DNA of 64,000 nucleotides from Octopus sinensis (GCF_006345805.1 NC_042997.1:134478001-134542000); one strand, 5' to 3'. Numbered from the stretch's first letter, positions 1 to 13,139 are shown. The notes: generated from the sequence alone by a model not told the origin. Program-made: numbers and translations.

Positions 1-3000
1 CAAGAATAACAATCGGGAGGTACGTACTTTAAACTTAAAACACAAAATGTACGAAAAACTACACGTGCAAAACAATGTGACAACAGAAATGAACGGACCG
101 GTACCCTACGAAAATGACGACCGTCAAAATAATGGGCCGGACGTTGTTCTTCATGTCCCGCAAATAAAACCCAAAAGACATGAATGAACACGTGAGGAAT
201 ACATTTCTATCCTACACGCATACTTCACAGCAGTGCTCTACCCAAAAAGTGAAAACACCACAACACATACATAAAAAATATGGAAGGAAAATAACATAAA
301 TATAGACTTGGATACAGCAATGAACCCTAATAAACTAGCTAACGTACGAAGATACATTTTCAACGCAAAAAAATATCAGAAATAGAAATAGAACATCTAA
401 AAGAAAAAATACACCAGGAAAATGTAGATAGAAGCCACACAACAATGCCCGATAATATAAACACTGAAACAGTAAAACACGAAGACAAACGTAACATTTC
501 CAACAAACACGATGTAAACAAAAAACAACAACCCAGACCGTAAGGATGCATAATAATACACGACAAACAGCAAGCCAAAACACGGCAAACAAACATATAA
601 ATAAGAAAGAAAGCGACACAAATCTAAAACCTGGAAACAACGAAGGGGAGCCTAATGATTATGATAATATAAAAAGTAGAATAATCAAAGAACTGAAAAC
701 CACAGAGCTCAAAATGGACCACCGACCATACCTCCCAAAAATCAAAATAGACGAAACGACAACACCAATTATAAACAGCATAAACCTAACCGTCACGGAA
801 CTAATAGCCACTGACACAAAAAGCGATATCACTGAGCTTAATGACTTAGTATACGCAGCAGCCACTGCAGCCACAAAAGAAGCTGGATACTCACTCAAAC
901 CCATCCAAACAGGAGTACCACCACCCAAACAAACCCTGTGGATAAATAACATCCAAAACAAAATACAAAAAAATGAGAAAAGATCTGTCGATTCTTAATG
1001 AAATCAGTAGACAATCAACGCTACTGAGCAACAGAAAGAAAACAAAAATACTCCGCAAATATAACATCACAGAAAAAGATTTACCTGAGATAAAAGAAAA
1101 GCTGAAGCAAGATATCCTTGCCAAAGCACAAAGGATCCGCCGGTACGAGAAACGCCAGCGCTTCTTTGAACAAAACAAAAAGTTCAACTCCAACCCCAAA
1201 AGGTTCTACCAAGAACTTGGCAAAAATAAAATAGAAATCACTGCAGCACCAACGGCAGAAGAAGTGGAAGAATTCTGGAGAGAAATATGGTCGGCGAACG
1301 AACAACCAAAAAAAAGGAGTATCAAAACAACAAACACAGCATCTGAGCAACTTTGAACCCCCATAACAGCTGAAGAGGTCACCCAGGCACTGCAAAGACT
1401 AAGCAACTGGAAGACACCTGGACATGACAAGATTCCCAACTTCTGGTTGAAATATCTAACAGGAAAGCACAAAAAGCTGGCTGAAAATTTAACAACATAC
1501 TAGCAGAGCCAGAGACAATGCCTGAATGGCTCACGAAGGGGAAAACCATCTTAATTCCCAAATCAAATGAGACAGCAAAACCAGAAAACTACAGACCAAT
1601 AACCTGTCTCCCTACTATGTACAAGGCATTTACTGCAGTGATATCGCAATGGTTGAACAAGCACCTGGACGAAAACCACATGTTTCCAGGAGAGCAGAAA
1701 GGATGCCGCAAAGGCTCATATGGCTGTAAAGATCAACTAATGATTAATAAAGCCATAACTGAAGACAGCCACAGAAAGAAGAAAGGCCTCAGTATGGCCT
1801 GGATCAACTACAAAAAGGCGTTTGATAGCATCCCCCACACATGGATCCTCGAAACACTAGCCATTAACAAAGTAGCACCAACAATTATAAAATTCATAGG
1901 GCACTCTATGAATAAATGGCAAACAGTGCTACACCTCCAAACAAAAAAGGGACTCATGAAAACAAAAGACATCCCCATTAGAAGAGGAATATTCCAGGGA
2001 GACACGCTCTCTCCACTCCTTTTCTACTTGGCACTGTCACCTCTATCTGATATGCTAAATAGAACTGGATGCGGATATAAATGCTACGGCAAAACGATCA
2101 GCCACCTTTTATATATGGATGACCTAAAACTATACGCTGCAAATGACAAACAGCTGGAAACACTATTAAAGACAGTTCATGCATTTACCAAAGAAATAGA
2201 TATGAAATTTGGATTAGAAAAATGCGCCAAAGTAACCATGAAAAGAGGAAAACTAGTTAAGAGTAGCGACATCACTCTAGATAAAACCAATGAAATAAAA
2301 GAATTAGACCAAACCAAACTTACAAATACTTAGGAATCCATGAACTAGATAAGACACAACACACACAAATGAACGAGAAAATAAAAAAAGAATATTATAG
2401 ACGAGTTAGATCAATACTAAAAACAGAGCTCAATGCTAAAAACAAGATAATAGGTATTAACACTTTAGCTGTCCCAGTTATAAGTTACAGCTACAATATC
2501 CTTAACTGGACACTAAATGAACTGACCAAAATAGATAGGAAAACAAGGAAAATAATGACAGGATCTAGGATGCATCACCCAAAATCTGACATAGAAAGAC
2601 TATATATACAACGTATAGAAGGTGGTAGAGGCCTTATACAGCTGGAAAACTACTGTAAAATAACCATCATAGGACTGCAAAAATATCTACTTCAGAAGGA
2701 AGGAAATCTGATACAAATAGCGGCAAAACACGAGCAAAACAAAAAACTGTTCTCAGTATTTAAGGAAGCTGACAAATACAAACAAGAAATCATACCACCT
2801 AATAAATATGAAGAAGAAGAAGAAGAAGAAGAAGAAGAAGAAGAAGAAGAAGAAGAAGAAGAAGAAGAAGAAGAAGAAGAAGAAGAAGAAGAAGAAGAAG
2901 GAGAAGAAGAAGAAGATAAAGAAACAACAAAAGCTATAAAACAAATGAAATCCAAACTAAAATTAGAACAGCAATGAACCATGATAAAACGATGGCAAGA

Positions 3001-3783
3001 AAAGCCCCTTCATGGTAAATACTGGACTAAACTAAACGCAAAAGAAATAGACAAAGAAAAATCCCAGCAATGGTTGAGAAGCTCAGGACTCAAAGCAGAG
3101 ACAGAGGGATTTTTAATTGCAGCACAAGACCAAAGCCTCCCCACCAGAAATTACCAAAAACATGTAATGAAGAGAAATATAACAAGTAACTGCAGAATAT
3201 GTGGAGATGGACAAGAAACAATAAATCATATTATCTCTGGCTGCCCAGTCCTGGCTAAGAAGGAATATATTCACAGACATGACAGAGTTGGAACCTACAT
3301 ACACTGGAAGCTATGCCAACATTATGGAATAACAACAGAAAAAAGATGGTATAGGCACACACCAGAAAAGGTCTCAGAAAACGAGAAAGCAACCATACTC
3401 TGGGATATGCCGATACACACAGATAGAGAAATTAAGGCCAACAGACCAGATATAGTTGTCAGAGATCATGAAGAAAAAAAATGCATTCTAATTGATGTAT
3501 CAATACCGGCAGATGACAACATGTCTCTAAAAGAAATGGAGAAACTTTCAAAATACAAAGACCTGGAAAAAGAGGTAACCAGAATGTGGAATCTAAAAAC
3601 AGAAACAATTCCTATCATAGTAGGTGCATTAGGCATGATAAAAAAATATTCAGACAAATACTGGGCACTGCACACATCCTACGCAGAACACTTTCCATAA
3701 AATAACCATCAGAGCATCACAACAAATCACAGCACATACCTAAGGCACACAGACCTTTTCTCGGTATTGAAGTGAAAGCACGC

Positions 3784-3785
<2 letters not shown>
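1..3785 (+). mobile_element. R4/Dong-clade non-LTR retrotransposon (RT plus C-terminal CCHC and restriction-like endonuclease), frameshifted, 5' part extends beyond the window
   Basis: ORF pieces 546-998, 973-1356, 1518-2333, 2369-2977 and 2981-3700 read as one broken ORF. RT motifs NYRPITCL, QKGC, GIFQGDTLSPLLF and YMDD; zinc knuckle CRICGDGQETINHIISGC; RHD; REL core RPDIVV...IDVSIP...K..KY. The element ends in a (TAA)n tract. Confidence 0.9.
2810..2917 (+). repeat. In-frame (GAA)n microsatellite inside the LINE ORF (E30-G-E4-D)
   Basis: GAA x30, GGA, GAA x4, GAT read directly from the sequence. Confidence 0.95.
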
Positions 3786-3845
<60 letters not shown>

Positions 3846-3964
3846 TAATAATAATAATAATGATAATAATGATAATTATAATAATGATAATGATAATAAT
3901 GATAATAATGATAATAATAATAATAATAATAATGATAATAATAATAATAATAATAATGATAATA

Positions 3965-4005
<41 letters not shown>

Positions 4006-4006
4006 A

Positions 4007-4095
<89 letters not shown>

Positions 4096-4121
4096 GATGA
4101 TGATGATGGTGGTGGTGGTGG

Positions 4122-4188
<67 letters not shown>

Positions 4189-4226
4189 GATGGTGATGAT
4201 GATGATGGTGGTGGTGGTGGTGATGG

Positions 4227-4299
<73 letters not shown>

Positions 4300-4340
4300 G
4301 GTGATGGTGATGATGATGATGGTGGTGGTGGTGGTGATGG

Positions 4341-4398
<58 letters not shown>

Positions 4399-4411
4399 AA
4401 TAATAATAATA
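3785..4411. repeat. Compound trinucleotide microsatellite (AAT)n-(GAT)n-(GGT)n at the LINE 3' end
   Basis: Direct reading; it produces the poly-H, poly-N/D and poly-M ORFs in the track. Confidence 0.97.
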
Positions 4412-4479
4412 CGTTGGCAAAAGAATCATAAAAATAATGATACTTTGGCCAATGTATTATGTTATTATTATTATATAAA

Positions 4480-4680
4480 GATTTGCTAATCGAAATCGAA
4501 AAGATGTGTCATCTCAAGACGGTTAAAATATCAGTGGTTGTAAGAGCACTTAGCATCATCAAAAAAGAAGCTGAAAATCATTTGAGAATCATCCCTGGCT
4601 TACCATCCATGCAGGAAGTGCAACATATTGTCCTAAGTGGTGCGTCACACGTATTGAGAAAAGCATTTTCCCTGGATTTT
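4480..4680 (+). mobile_element. 3'-terminal fragment of a second R4/Dong-like LINE
   Basis: EIEKMCHLKTVKISVVVRALSII...PGLPSMQEVQHIVLSGASHVLRK resembles the C-terminus of the upstream LINE (EVTRMWNLKTETIPIIVGALGMI). Confidence 0.7.
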
Positions 4681-5289
4681 CTTTCCCTTTCCCTCTTTGT
4701 TTTCTGTTTACTTTTTTTATTTTTATGTTTTCTTTTTCTCTCTGTCGTTCTTCCCCTTTTTCTGTACCAGATGACTTTGTAAAGGAACAATGTAGTATGT
4801 TTATTTTTATGGCCTACAGTGAGTTTCTCTGGTCTAGGTGTCAGGAAGACACTCGGCAAGAAAAAGAAACAAAACTGAAAGAAGATGATAATGAAAATAA
4901 TAAGAGAATTCAGAGAGTGCAAACCTCCGCCAAAGGAAACACTAACGTTCTCTCAACGATTAGCCGGAGATGATTTTTAAAATGAGAATATCTTAAATAA
5001 CTCGACTGCTCTCAAACGAAATTATTAAAAATGAATCCGACTGCTCTCAAAAATTAACTTTAAAAAAAGCGGAAAAAATAACCCAGAAACCTTATCCGTT
5101 TTAAATGAATAAAGTGAGACCCTTTGGTTTGCTCTTCTCTTAAATACTGGGCTCCTTTTATTAATCCTGTTGTTTTAGATCGATGCATAGAATTATGTAT
5201 ATATGTATGTATACTGTAAAGTATTAATATGTATGTATAATATATAACATAAGGGAGATAATATAATATATTATTATATAAGGGAGATA

Positions 5290-5515
5290 ATCAGACAAAA
5301 ATTTGAAAGACCATCTAAAGTAAAGTAAATATAATCCAGAATCCTTTTCCGGTACCGGATCAAGCCCAAAATCTAATCAGACCGTACCAGTCACGAGGCC
5401 AAGCATCCCTGAAAGTTTCATCCGAATCCCTCCAGCAGTTCTTGAAATATCCTATCTAAGGACAAACAAACGCGACCGAAACAACACCTCCGCCTTCGCT
5501 AAGGCGGGGGTAGTA
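5290..5515 (+). mobile_element. Possible Helentron/HINE-like non-autonomous element 3' end
   Basis: Terminal GC-rich hairpin ACCTCCGCCTT-CGCT-AAGGCGGGGGT (5486-5511), preceded by a GACAAACAAAC repeat and followed by AGTAATAAT. Confidence 0.4.
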
Positions 5516-5579
5516 ATAATACCAGGATGATAAGTGCGTCTGACATCCTTGTTACTTATTTGGATATCGCAGTTCCAGC

Positions 5580-8500
5580 TACACTGATCGCATATTGCAG
5601 TTCCAGTAAAACCGGTTATTCTCAAATAACCAGAGGCAGTTTTTTAAGAGCTTAGGAGAAAATACAGCTCCTGAAGCAGAAGAAATCTGCCAAATTTGGA
5701 ATAACATCTGGAAGCAAGAAGTTTAGCACAACCACAGTGCTGAGTGGATTAATTCCGTGAGATCCGAACTCAATCACCCGGAGGCTCCACGCGGTAGGAC
5801 CAGACGAAATTCAAGGATACCGGATCACGTGATTTAGGTCAACACATTAGAGAATTACGTTGCAATTAGACGATTGCCTACAGAGCGGTGCAGCTCCAAA
5901 GTGGATGGTAGAGGGAAAACAGCATTGTTAATGAAAGAATAACAGAGTATGTGTGCACTGATTAAGAACAGCATGCCTAGTTGGAAAACACGTCTTTCCT
6001 GCAACAACCAGCACTTAGCTAGGGTAACAATCAAAAGAAGTATCTTCCAAGGAAACTCTTGTTCACTTCTGTTATTTGTTATGGCTTTAAACTTGACTGC
6101 CATCAACACATGTGCGGTTGCTGTAGATTTAGTTCAAGGGTACTGGTTAAAGATATTTAGTAGTTTTCATGGAGGGTGAGAGAACAGCTTCAGGATTGCC
6201 TTAATGGAGGAATAATACCAGATTGGATGATTAGGGGTAGGACAATACTCATTATGAAGGATAAGAGCAAGGGTAATACAGCTTGCAACTATAAACCAAA
6301 TACTTGCTTATCATTAGTGTGGAAGTAGTTAACAGGAATGCTAACAGAAAGCATTTATGAGGACAATGACAACCAGAATTTACTATCAGAAGAACAGAAA
6401 AGTTGAAAGGAGAAAGCTAGAGGAACGCATAATCTATTATGTATATAGACAAAGGAGTTCTAAATGAAGTAAATGCTAGAAAGAAAAATCTACATGGATG
6501 ATCTGATTCTTTTTAGTAAGAATGAAAAAGAGAAAGATTCCTTAATACGTACTGTAAGAGTCTTCGGCAAAGATATAGGCATGGAATTTGGCATAGATAA
6601 GTGTGCAATATTAGTCATGAGAAGGGGACAGGTAGTCAAATGTGAAGGCATCGAATTACCAGAGGGCCAGAAATTAAAATCATTAAAAGGAGGAGAGAGT
6701 TATAAGTATCTAGGAGTATTAGAACCTGACAGAGTACAAACTACAGAAAAGAAACCGAAAATTGAGAAGGAGACATCAGAAGGGTGAGGAAGTTAATGAA
6801 GTCAAAGCTAAATGGTCCAAATCTAGTGAAGGCTGTAAATACTTGGGCAGTATCATTACTTGTATATTCAGCAGCTTTTGTAAATTGGACAAAGACTGAA
6901 TTCACAAAGCTAGACAGAAGAACTAGGAAGGAATTCAATATGAATGGAGGACTCAAAGAGCAGGAGTAGCAAGATTATACCTACTTACACACGAAAGGAG
7001 AAGAGAATTAATATCAGTAGAAGAATGTATGGAGTTAGCTAGAGTATATATAGACTTCTATGTAGGTAATAGCGAAGAAAGTTTATTAAAAGCTGCTAGA
7101 GTCACATCAAGACATAAAGAACTCACCCACCCACCAAAAAACAAACGAAATCTAAAACCATAAAAAGAACAGAAATTATCTGACTTGGAGGAGAAGGCGT
7201 TGCATGGTAGATTCCTCAAAATAGTTGCAGCAAATAGTAGTAGTGTGACTTGGTTATGGTTTCAGAAAGGAAAGCTGAAGAGGGGGACAGAAAATTTGTT
7301 AGTAGCTGCGCAAGGTCAAGCATTAAGGGCTAATTGGATAAATGTCAAAATAGACAAAAATCAAGTAGATTCTCAAAGTAGATTATGCAAATCCAAAGAG
7401 GAAATTACTATCAGGAGGAATTGCAGAAAACTATAAATTTCTTGATGAGAACGATATATTAGTGCCCGAACAAAAAGGCTGTAGAAGGAGATGCAGATAC
7501 TTCCAAAGACTAAGATTGGTATTGCGCTCAAAATTGATGGATGGAATATAGTCCAAGCAGTTAATACATGAGTGATACCAACACTTCGGTATGGAGCGAG
7601 ATTTATAAAATGGTAAAAGAGAAAAGGGAAGAAAATGGACACCTAGACCAGAAAAATGTTTACAGTACACAGAGACTTCCACTCTAAGAGTGATACCGAT
7701 AGGCTCGTCTTAGGCATAAAAACGGGTGGGAGAGTTTAATCAGCTGCCAGGACTGTATCGAAGCGAAAGTAAACAGCTTAGAGTGATATATAAAAAATGC
7801 TGTGGAGCCGTTGTTAAAATATATGAAGACGGTCAGCGTCATCAAAACTGGAAATTGTGTAACTAAAGAAAAATTTAAACAAGAAATGAACACACACACA
7901 CACACACTCACACACAAAGAAAAAGCATGGAAGGAAAAAATGTTACGGTCAGTCTGCAAGAGATGTAAACTCAAAGACTGATAGAGAGGACTACTGGTGG
8001 CTATGGATGAGGAGGAATGACCTGAAGATACAGACAGAAGCACTCATGTGCACAGCTCAAGAATAAGGGTTAAGGACGAATTATGTGAAATATAGAATTG
8101 GCAACACTACCGACTGCAACAAATACAGAATGTGTGGTGGGAGAAGTGAAACGGTATGGCACATCGTTAGCGAGTGACCGAAATTGGCACATCGCGAAGA
8201 TAAAAGACACCATGACAATGTGACAAGAATGATCCATTGGGAGCTCTGTAGAGATCACGGCCTACAAAGAGCAAAGACATGGAATGAGAAAGCTCCAGAA
8301 GGAGTCACCGAGAATTGCAAAATCCTGTAGGATACAATGATGCAGTACGAGCACTTGATCAGACATCGGAAACCGGACATTGTTGTGGTGAATAAAAAAG
8401 GAAGAACATGTATCATAATAAACATAGCATGCTCCGGTGACAACAGGATCAATGTGAAAGAAGAAAAATAAACAACTGTGACGATTCCAGGATCCTAAAG

Positions 8501-8660
8501 AAAAAAAAAAGAAGAAAATACATTCCCTTAAAATTTGAAATAGGAAGAATTTAGAGCATGTGAACAGTAAAGGTCTTGCTTATATTAAATGGTGCGTTGG
8601 GAACCGTAAGCCGAGATATATAGACTAATTGTTGAAGGAAATTGAAATAGAATGTTCTCG
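5580..8660 (+). mobile_element. Stack of degraded R4/Dong-like LINE fragments
   Basis: IFQGNSCSLLLF (~6045), IYMDDLILF (~6490), KYLGVLE, CRMCG...ETVWHIVSE (~8125), IHWELC and KPDIVVV. The RT N-terminal region recurs near 5900, 6220 and 7440, implying several truncated copies. Confidence 0.8.
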
Positions 8661-8853
8661 ACTGACATTTTGTTCTAAAGCATACATTTATTGAGTTCTA
8701 ACACAAAGTTATTAGTATCACTATGTCTAAGTGAAATGATAATACACATACACACAAACACACACACATATATACACACATACATGCGTACATATGTACA
8801 TACATACATACATACGTACATACATACATACATACATACATATATTTTTATGT

Positions 8854-9012
8854 AGGCGCAGGAGTGGCTGTGTGGTAAGTAGCTTGTTTACCAGCCACAT
8901 AGTTCCGGGTTCATTCCCACTGCCTTGGGCAAGTGTCTTCAGCTATAGCCTCGGGTCGACCAAAGCCCAGGGAGTAGATTAGGTAGACGGAAACTAAAAG
9001 AAGCCCGTCGTA

Positions 9013-9055
<43 letters not shown>

Positions 9056-9264
9056 ATGTATGTATGTATGTGTGTGTTTGTGTGTCTGTGTTTGTCTCCT
9101 CGCAATCACTTGATAACCGACGCTGGTGTGTCTCCGTCCCCGTAACCTAGGGGTTCAGCAAAATAGACCGATGGAATAAGTTCTGGAGTTGATTTGTTCG
9201 ACTAAAGGCGGTGCTCCAGCTTGGCCGCAGTCAAATGACTGAAACAAATAAAAGAGTAAAAGAG
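8854..9264 (+). mobile_element. Composite tRNA-derived SINE (octopus type) with internal (TA)/(TG) microsatellite
   Basis: tRNA-like head GGAGTGGCTGTGTGGTAAG...GGTTCATTCCC, body GGTAGACGGAAACT, tail TCAAATGACTGAAACA...AAAGAG. Many copies in the window. Confidence 0.85.
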
Positions 9265-9287
9265 TTATATATATATATTTATATATA

Positions 9288-10062
9288 CAGTAACAATAAA
9301 GGGTGAAATTAATTAATTTGGAATAATTATTAATTACACCAAGTAGATTTCGGCATGTAAAAGCCTCATTCGAGGAAAATTTAAGTAATACTAAGCAATT
9401 AAGGGTTTAGCAACGAATTGCCTCACCACACACCGAATTTAGAAATAGCAGTCAAAGAGTTATAGCTATTCTTTCTACTAAAAGGGAGATCTCAGTAAAA
9501 ATACAGCACTTGAATGGCAAACACAGACAGGTAAGAGAGAATGAAATGACGGCAATCTATCATACAATTTTAAGTCACCTACGGACGTACGTTTCGAAAT
9601 CAAGTTTTAGGAAAGCATAAGAATTAGATAATTCTACCTTACCCAAACTTCTTTTCTCATCAGCGTAGGATACTACAGTTATGAATAATTGTATATTAAA
9701 TTTTGAGATACTAGAAGGCATCATCTCAACTCAGTGTCAGAGCGAGCCAAAGCATTACCAGTACCACAAAATTCAAAGTGTGAATGAAAGTTTGTGTCAC
9801 CAGCCCCTTTCCACCCGCGTGTAGCCAAGACAAGATGCTGTGGTCATTTACTGGGATAAAATATGGTTATCAGTAACAATAAAGGGTGAAATTAATTAAT
9901 TTGGAATAATTATTAATTACACCAAGTAGATTTCGGCATGTAAAAGCCTCATTCGAGGAAAATTTAAGTAATACTAAGCAATTAAGGGTTTAGCAACGAA
10001 TTGCCTCACCACACACCGAATTTAGAAATAGCAGTCAAAGAGTTATAGGTATTCTTTCTACT
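9288..10062 (-). mobile_element. Penelope-like/retrozyme-like element: 192-bp direct repeats (9288-9479 and 9871-10062) around a ribozyme-bearing core
   Basis: The two repeats differ by one base by eye, the element is flanked by (TA)n tracts, and a hammerhead motif lies in the core. Confidence 0.7.
9578..9669 (-). ncRNA. Type I hammerhead ribozyme with extended stem II
   Basis: Minus strand reads CCUACG-CUGAUGA-G(long stem II)C-GAAA-C-GUAC-GUC-CGUAGG. Stem I is a perfect 6 bp, the catalytic core is complete, the cleavage triplet is GUC, and stem III ACGUACGU is palindromic. Confidence 0.85.
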
Positions 10063-10098
10063 TATATTCTTTCTATTTATATATACACATACATATAT

Positions 10099-10173
<75 letters not shown>

Positions 10174-10179
10174 CATACA

Positions 10180-12035
10180 AAATGGGACAAGAACGCAAAA
10201 CATCCAGATAGACGATACAAAGAAAACAAGGACGGGTCATTCGGAGTTTTCTGTCCTCAGTCGAGATCCAGATTATCTTTTCAATTTCGGCTCGTTATAC
10301 TCGAGAGTGCTCCAATCCGGCCGGCCCCAGGGAAAAACTAAGGTAAGAGCATTAGATTCGTTGGAAAAAAAGCAGCGAATGTAAACGAAAACAAGGACGA
10401 AAAAATACAAATACAAATAAAATACAAATAACAGGACAAAGCAACTGGTGTCTTTCGACTAAGGACAAATTAAATTAAGCTGGCGTGTGTGGAAGTAAAG
10501 CTTTACGGCATGGATACAAGATTTCACAGGCACAGGGAAGAAAATAGATGTTGCACGGACAGCGGCCGAACCAAGAAAGAAAGGTCATTTATATATATAT
10601 ATATATATATATAATAAATTAATAAATAAAATAAAACATATGCATATATACATACATATATGTACGCACCTACCTCTACATGTATATATACATGCGTATT
10701 TGGTTACAGAACACCAAAAAAACGTCGAACACATTTTTCTTAAAAAACGAAAAAATAGAGTACAGGACATACAATACAAGGAAAATTCCCCTTCTTCAGT
10801 CGCCTTTGTTTCATCTACTCCGCGTTTCGAAGGTCAAGCGAGACACGTCTTTAATGAAACTTTCCTTCTCGCGAAAAACAAATTAGATAAAATTTTGAAT
10901 TTTTTTGCGGATGGGTAAAAATGGTAACAAAAACAGGACAGTAACGACAGTACAGAATATAAACAGTAAAAGACAGGACAAGGAAAATAACAGTAACACA
11001 GACAAGAAGGGCTATTAAGCTGAACGAGATAAAATATTACGAACGCTATATTTGAGAACGGCGATGGATCCACAGAAAATGCCGTCTACACTTGAAGGAA
11101 GCCAGGTTAGAAAGACAGTAGCAGAGTTCTTGTCGCGGGTCAACGACGGGAGGGAGGAGGAGGAGCAAGAGAAAGGGAGAGAAAAAAGGGAATGGATATA
11201 TACATGTAGAGGTAGGTGCGTACATATATGCATGTTTATTTTATTTATTAATTTATTATATGACGGAACGCACGCATCCATTTCTAAGTAAGATTGTTCT
11301 TAATATTAATAATGATGCGCACTCTTAACCTTTCTGTTCCCCCTCCCTTTCTCAGCTTTCATTCTTTCGGGTTTCTTTTCTTCTACCTTACTGTCTCTCG
11401 CTCCCTCTCTCTCTCTCATTCTTCATTCTTTCTGATTTTCTCTACAACCATTCCCTTTTTTCTCTCCCTTTCTCTTGCTCCTCCTCCTCCCTCCCGTCGT
11501 TGACCCGCGACGAGAGTTCTGCTACTGTCTTTCCGACCTGGCTTCCTTCAAGTGTAGACGGCATTTTCTGTGGATACTTCACCGTTCTCAAATATAGCGT
11601 TCGTAATATTTTATCTCGTTCGGCTTAACAGTCCTTCTTGTCTGTGTTACTGTTATTCTCCTTCTCCTGTCTTTTATTGTTTATATTTTGTACTATCATT
11701 ACAGTCCTGTTTTTGTTACCATTTTTACCCCTCCGCAAAAAAATCTCAAATTTTATTTAATTTGTTTTTCGCGGGAAGGAAAAGTTCACAAAAGACGTGT
11801 CTCGCCTTGACCTTCGAAACGCGGAGTAGATGAAACAAAGGCGACTGAAGAATGTCCATTTACTTGGTTTTGTGTTTATGTTTTCGTTTCTCATTGTTTT
11901 CCTGTACTCATATATGCATGGATATATTCATGTAGAGGTAGGTGCGTGCATATATGTATGTATATATGCATATGTTTTATTTTATTTATTAATTTATTAT
12001 ATGACGGACGCACGCATCCATTTCTAAGTAAGATT
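10180..12035. repeat. Rearranged repeat with ~400-bp inverted duplication (10790-11185 vs 11455-11850) and a short module present three times; probable Penelope-like remnant
   Basis: The arms are reverse complements. The module TACATGTAGAGGTAGGTGCG occurs inverted near 10660-10685 and direct near 11200 and 11930. Confidence 0.6.
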
Positions 12036-12238
12036 GTTCTTTATATATATATATATATATATATATACGTGTCACTGAAGTGTCAAGGAGTGCAACGTGG
12101 TACCGGCATGGCAAGAAATAAGAGTCAAAACATTCGATAAGCACAAATGCACTACCATTTTGAAATCAGCGTATGAGTTCAACGGTTTTCTTATAAGCTG
12201 ACAAGGTGAATTGAATATAAATCAAGACGTGGTAAGGG

Positions 12239-12288
<50 letters not shown>

Positions 12289-12368
12289 AATATTAGGGAA
12301 TAAATCCAAATTTACAGGGAAAAAATCAGATTTAGGATTAAATCCAATTTTATAGTAAAATATTATAT

Positions 12369-12532
12369 AATATTAATTAGAGACAAAACCACTATTTTGT
12401 AAAAAACAAGGAAAGACTTAATCAATACATAAAATTTTAATAAAATTTTTTATTTTTTACTTTTTATTAAAATTTTATGTATTGATTAAGTCTTTCCTTG
12501 TTTGTTTTACAAAATAGTGGTTTTGTCTCTAA

Positions 12533-12540
<8 letters not shown>
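12369..12540. repeat. AT-rich foldback (~78-bp arms) within a (TA)n-embedded insert; copy at 31149-31320
   Basis: AATATTAATTAGAGACAAAACCACTATTTTGTAAAA... versus ...TTTTACAAAATAGTGGTTTTGTCTCTAATTAATATT. Confidence 0.85.
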
Positions 12541-12563
<23 letters not shown>

Positions 12564-13105
12564 GGACCTTATAACGCTTTTGTTGAACGCATACATAATA
12601 GTTACTTTACAGTTATAGATCTAGGCTATCACTGACATGCTAAAGAACATATGAAATATATCGTCATAATATTCCTTGTGAAATATGATTATTGAAACTG
12701 AAGAAGTGTAGAACAATATCATTCTGTTGAGGCAAACGCCTAGTTTGAAAGCGTCAAGGCGAGGTAGTATTAGTCGTAACACCATCGTCATGGCTTTAAT
12801 ATTTGCGTTATTCAAATTATGTAAAACTCACAAAGCAATATACATTTACAATAGAATAATAAATAAATAGCCATATTATTTCTACTTTCCCTGAATGAAT
12901 AGTTCTAGAGAAATCGCGAGCCATGCACACCAGAATGGTCGTCACATTGACTTACTTTATGTGTATAAAAAACGTCACAACCTATTTCTTCTCCTAACTT
13001 ACAACGAGTTGAGCAAAATATTGAAATATTCTTGCTAGATGTTTGATATAAATCTATATATTATGTCTTAATATAAAAACCGAATAGTATATACACTTAT
13101 GATTA

Positions 13106-13139
<34 letters not shown>

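Noticed and set aside
3740-4489. Poly-H, poly-N/D and poly-M ORFs
   Set aside because: Translations of a trinucleotide microsatellite.
8854-8935. tRNA-like heads of the SINEs as tRNA genes
   Set aside because: A/B-box-like motifs are present, but they are fused to SINE bodies in many diverged copies and show no full cloverleaf.
10225-10275. Hammerhead-like CUGAGGA...GAAU (minus strand)
   Set aside because: GAAA is broken and no stem I pairing is visible.
10780-10835. CGAAACGCG and CUGAAGA motifs in the inverted repeat (also ~11810-11855)
   Set aside because: Order and pairing do not give stems I and III of any hammerhead topology.
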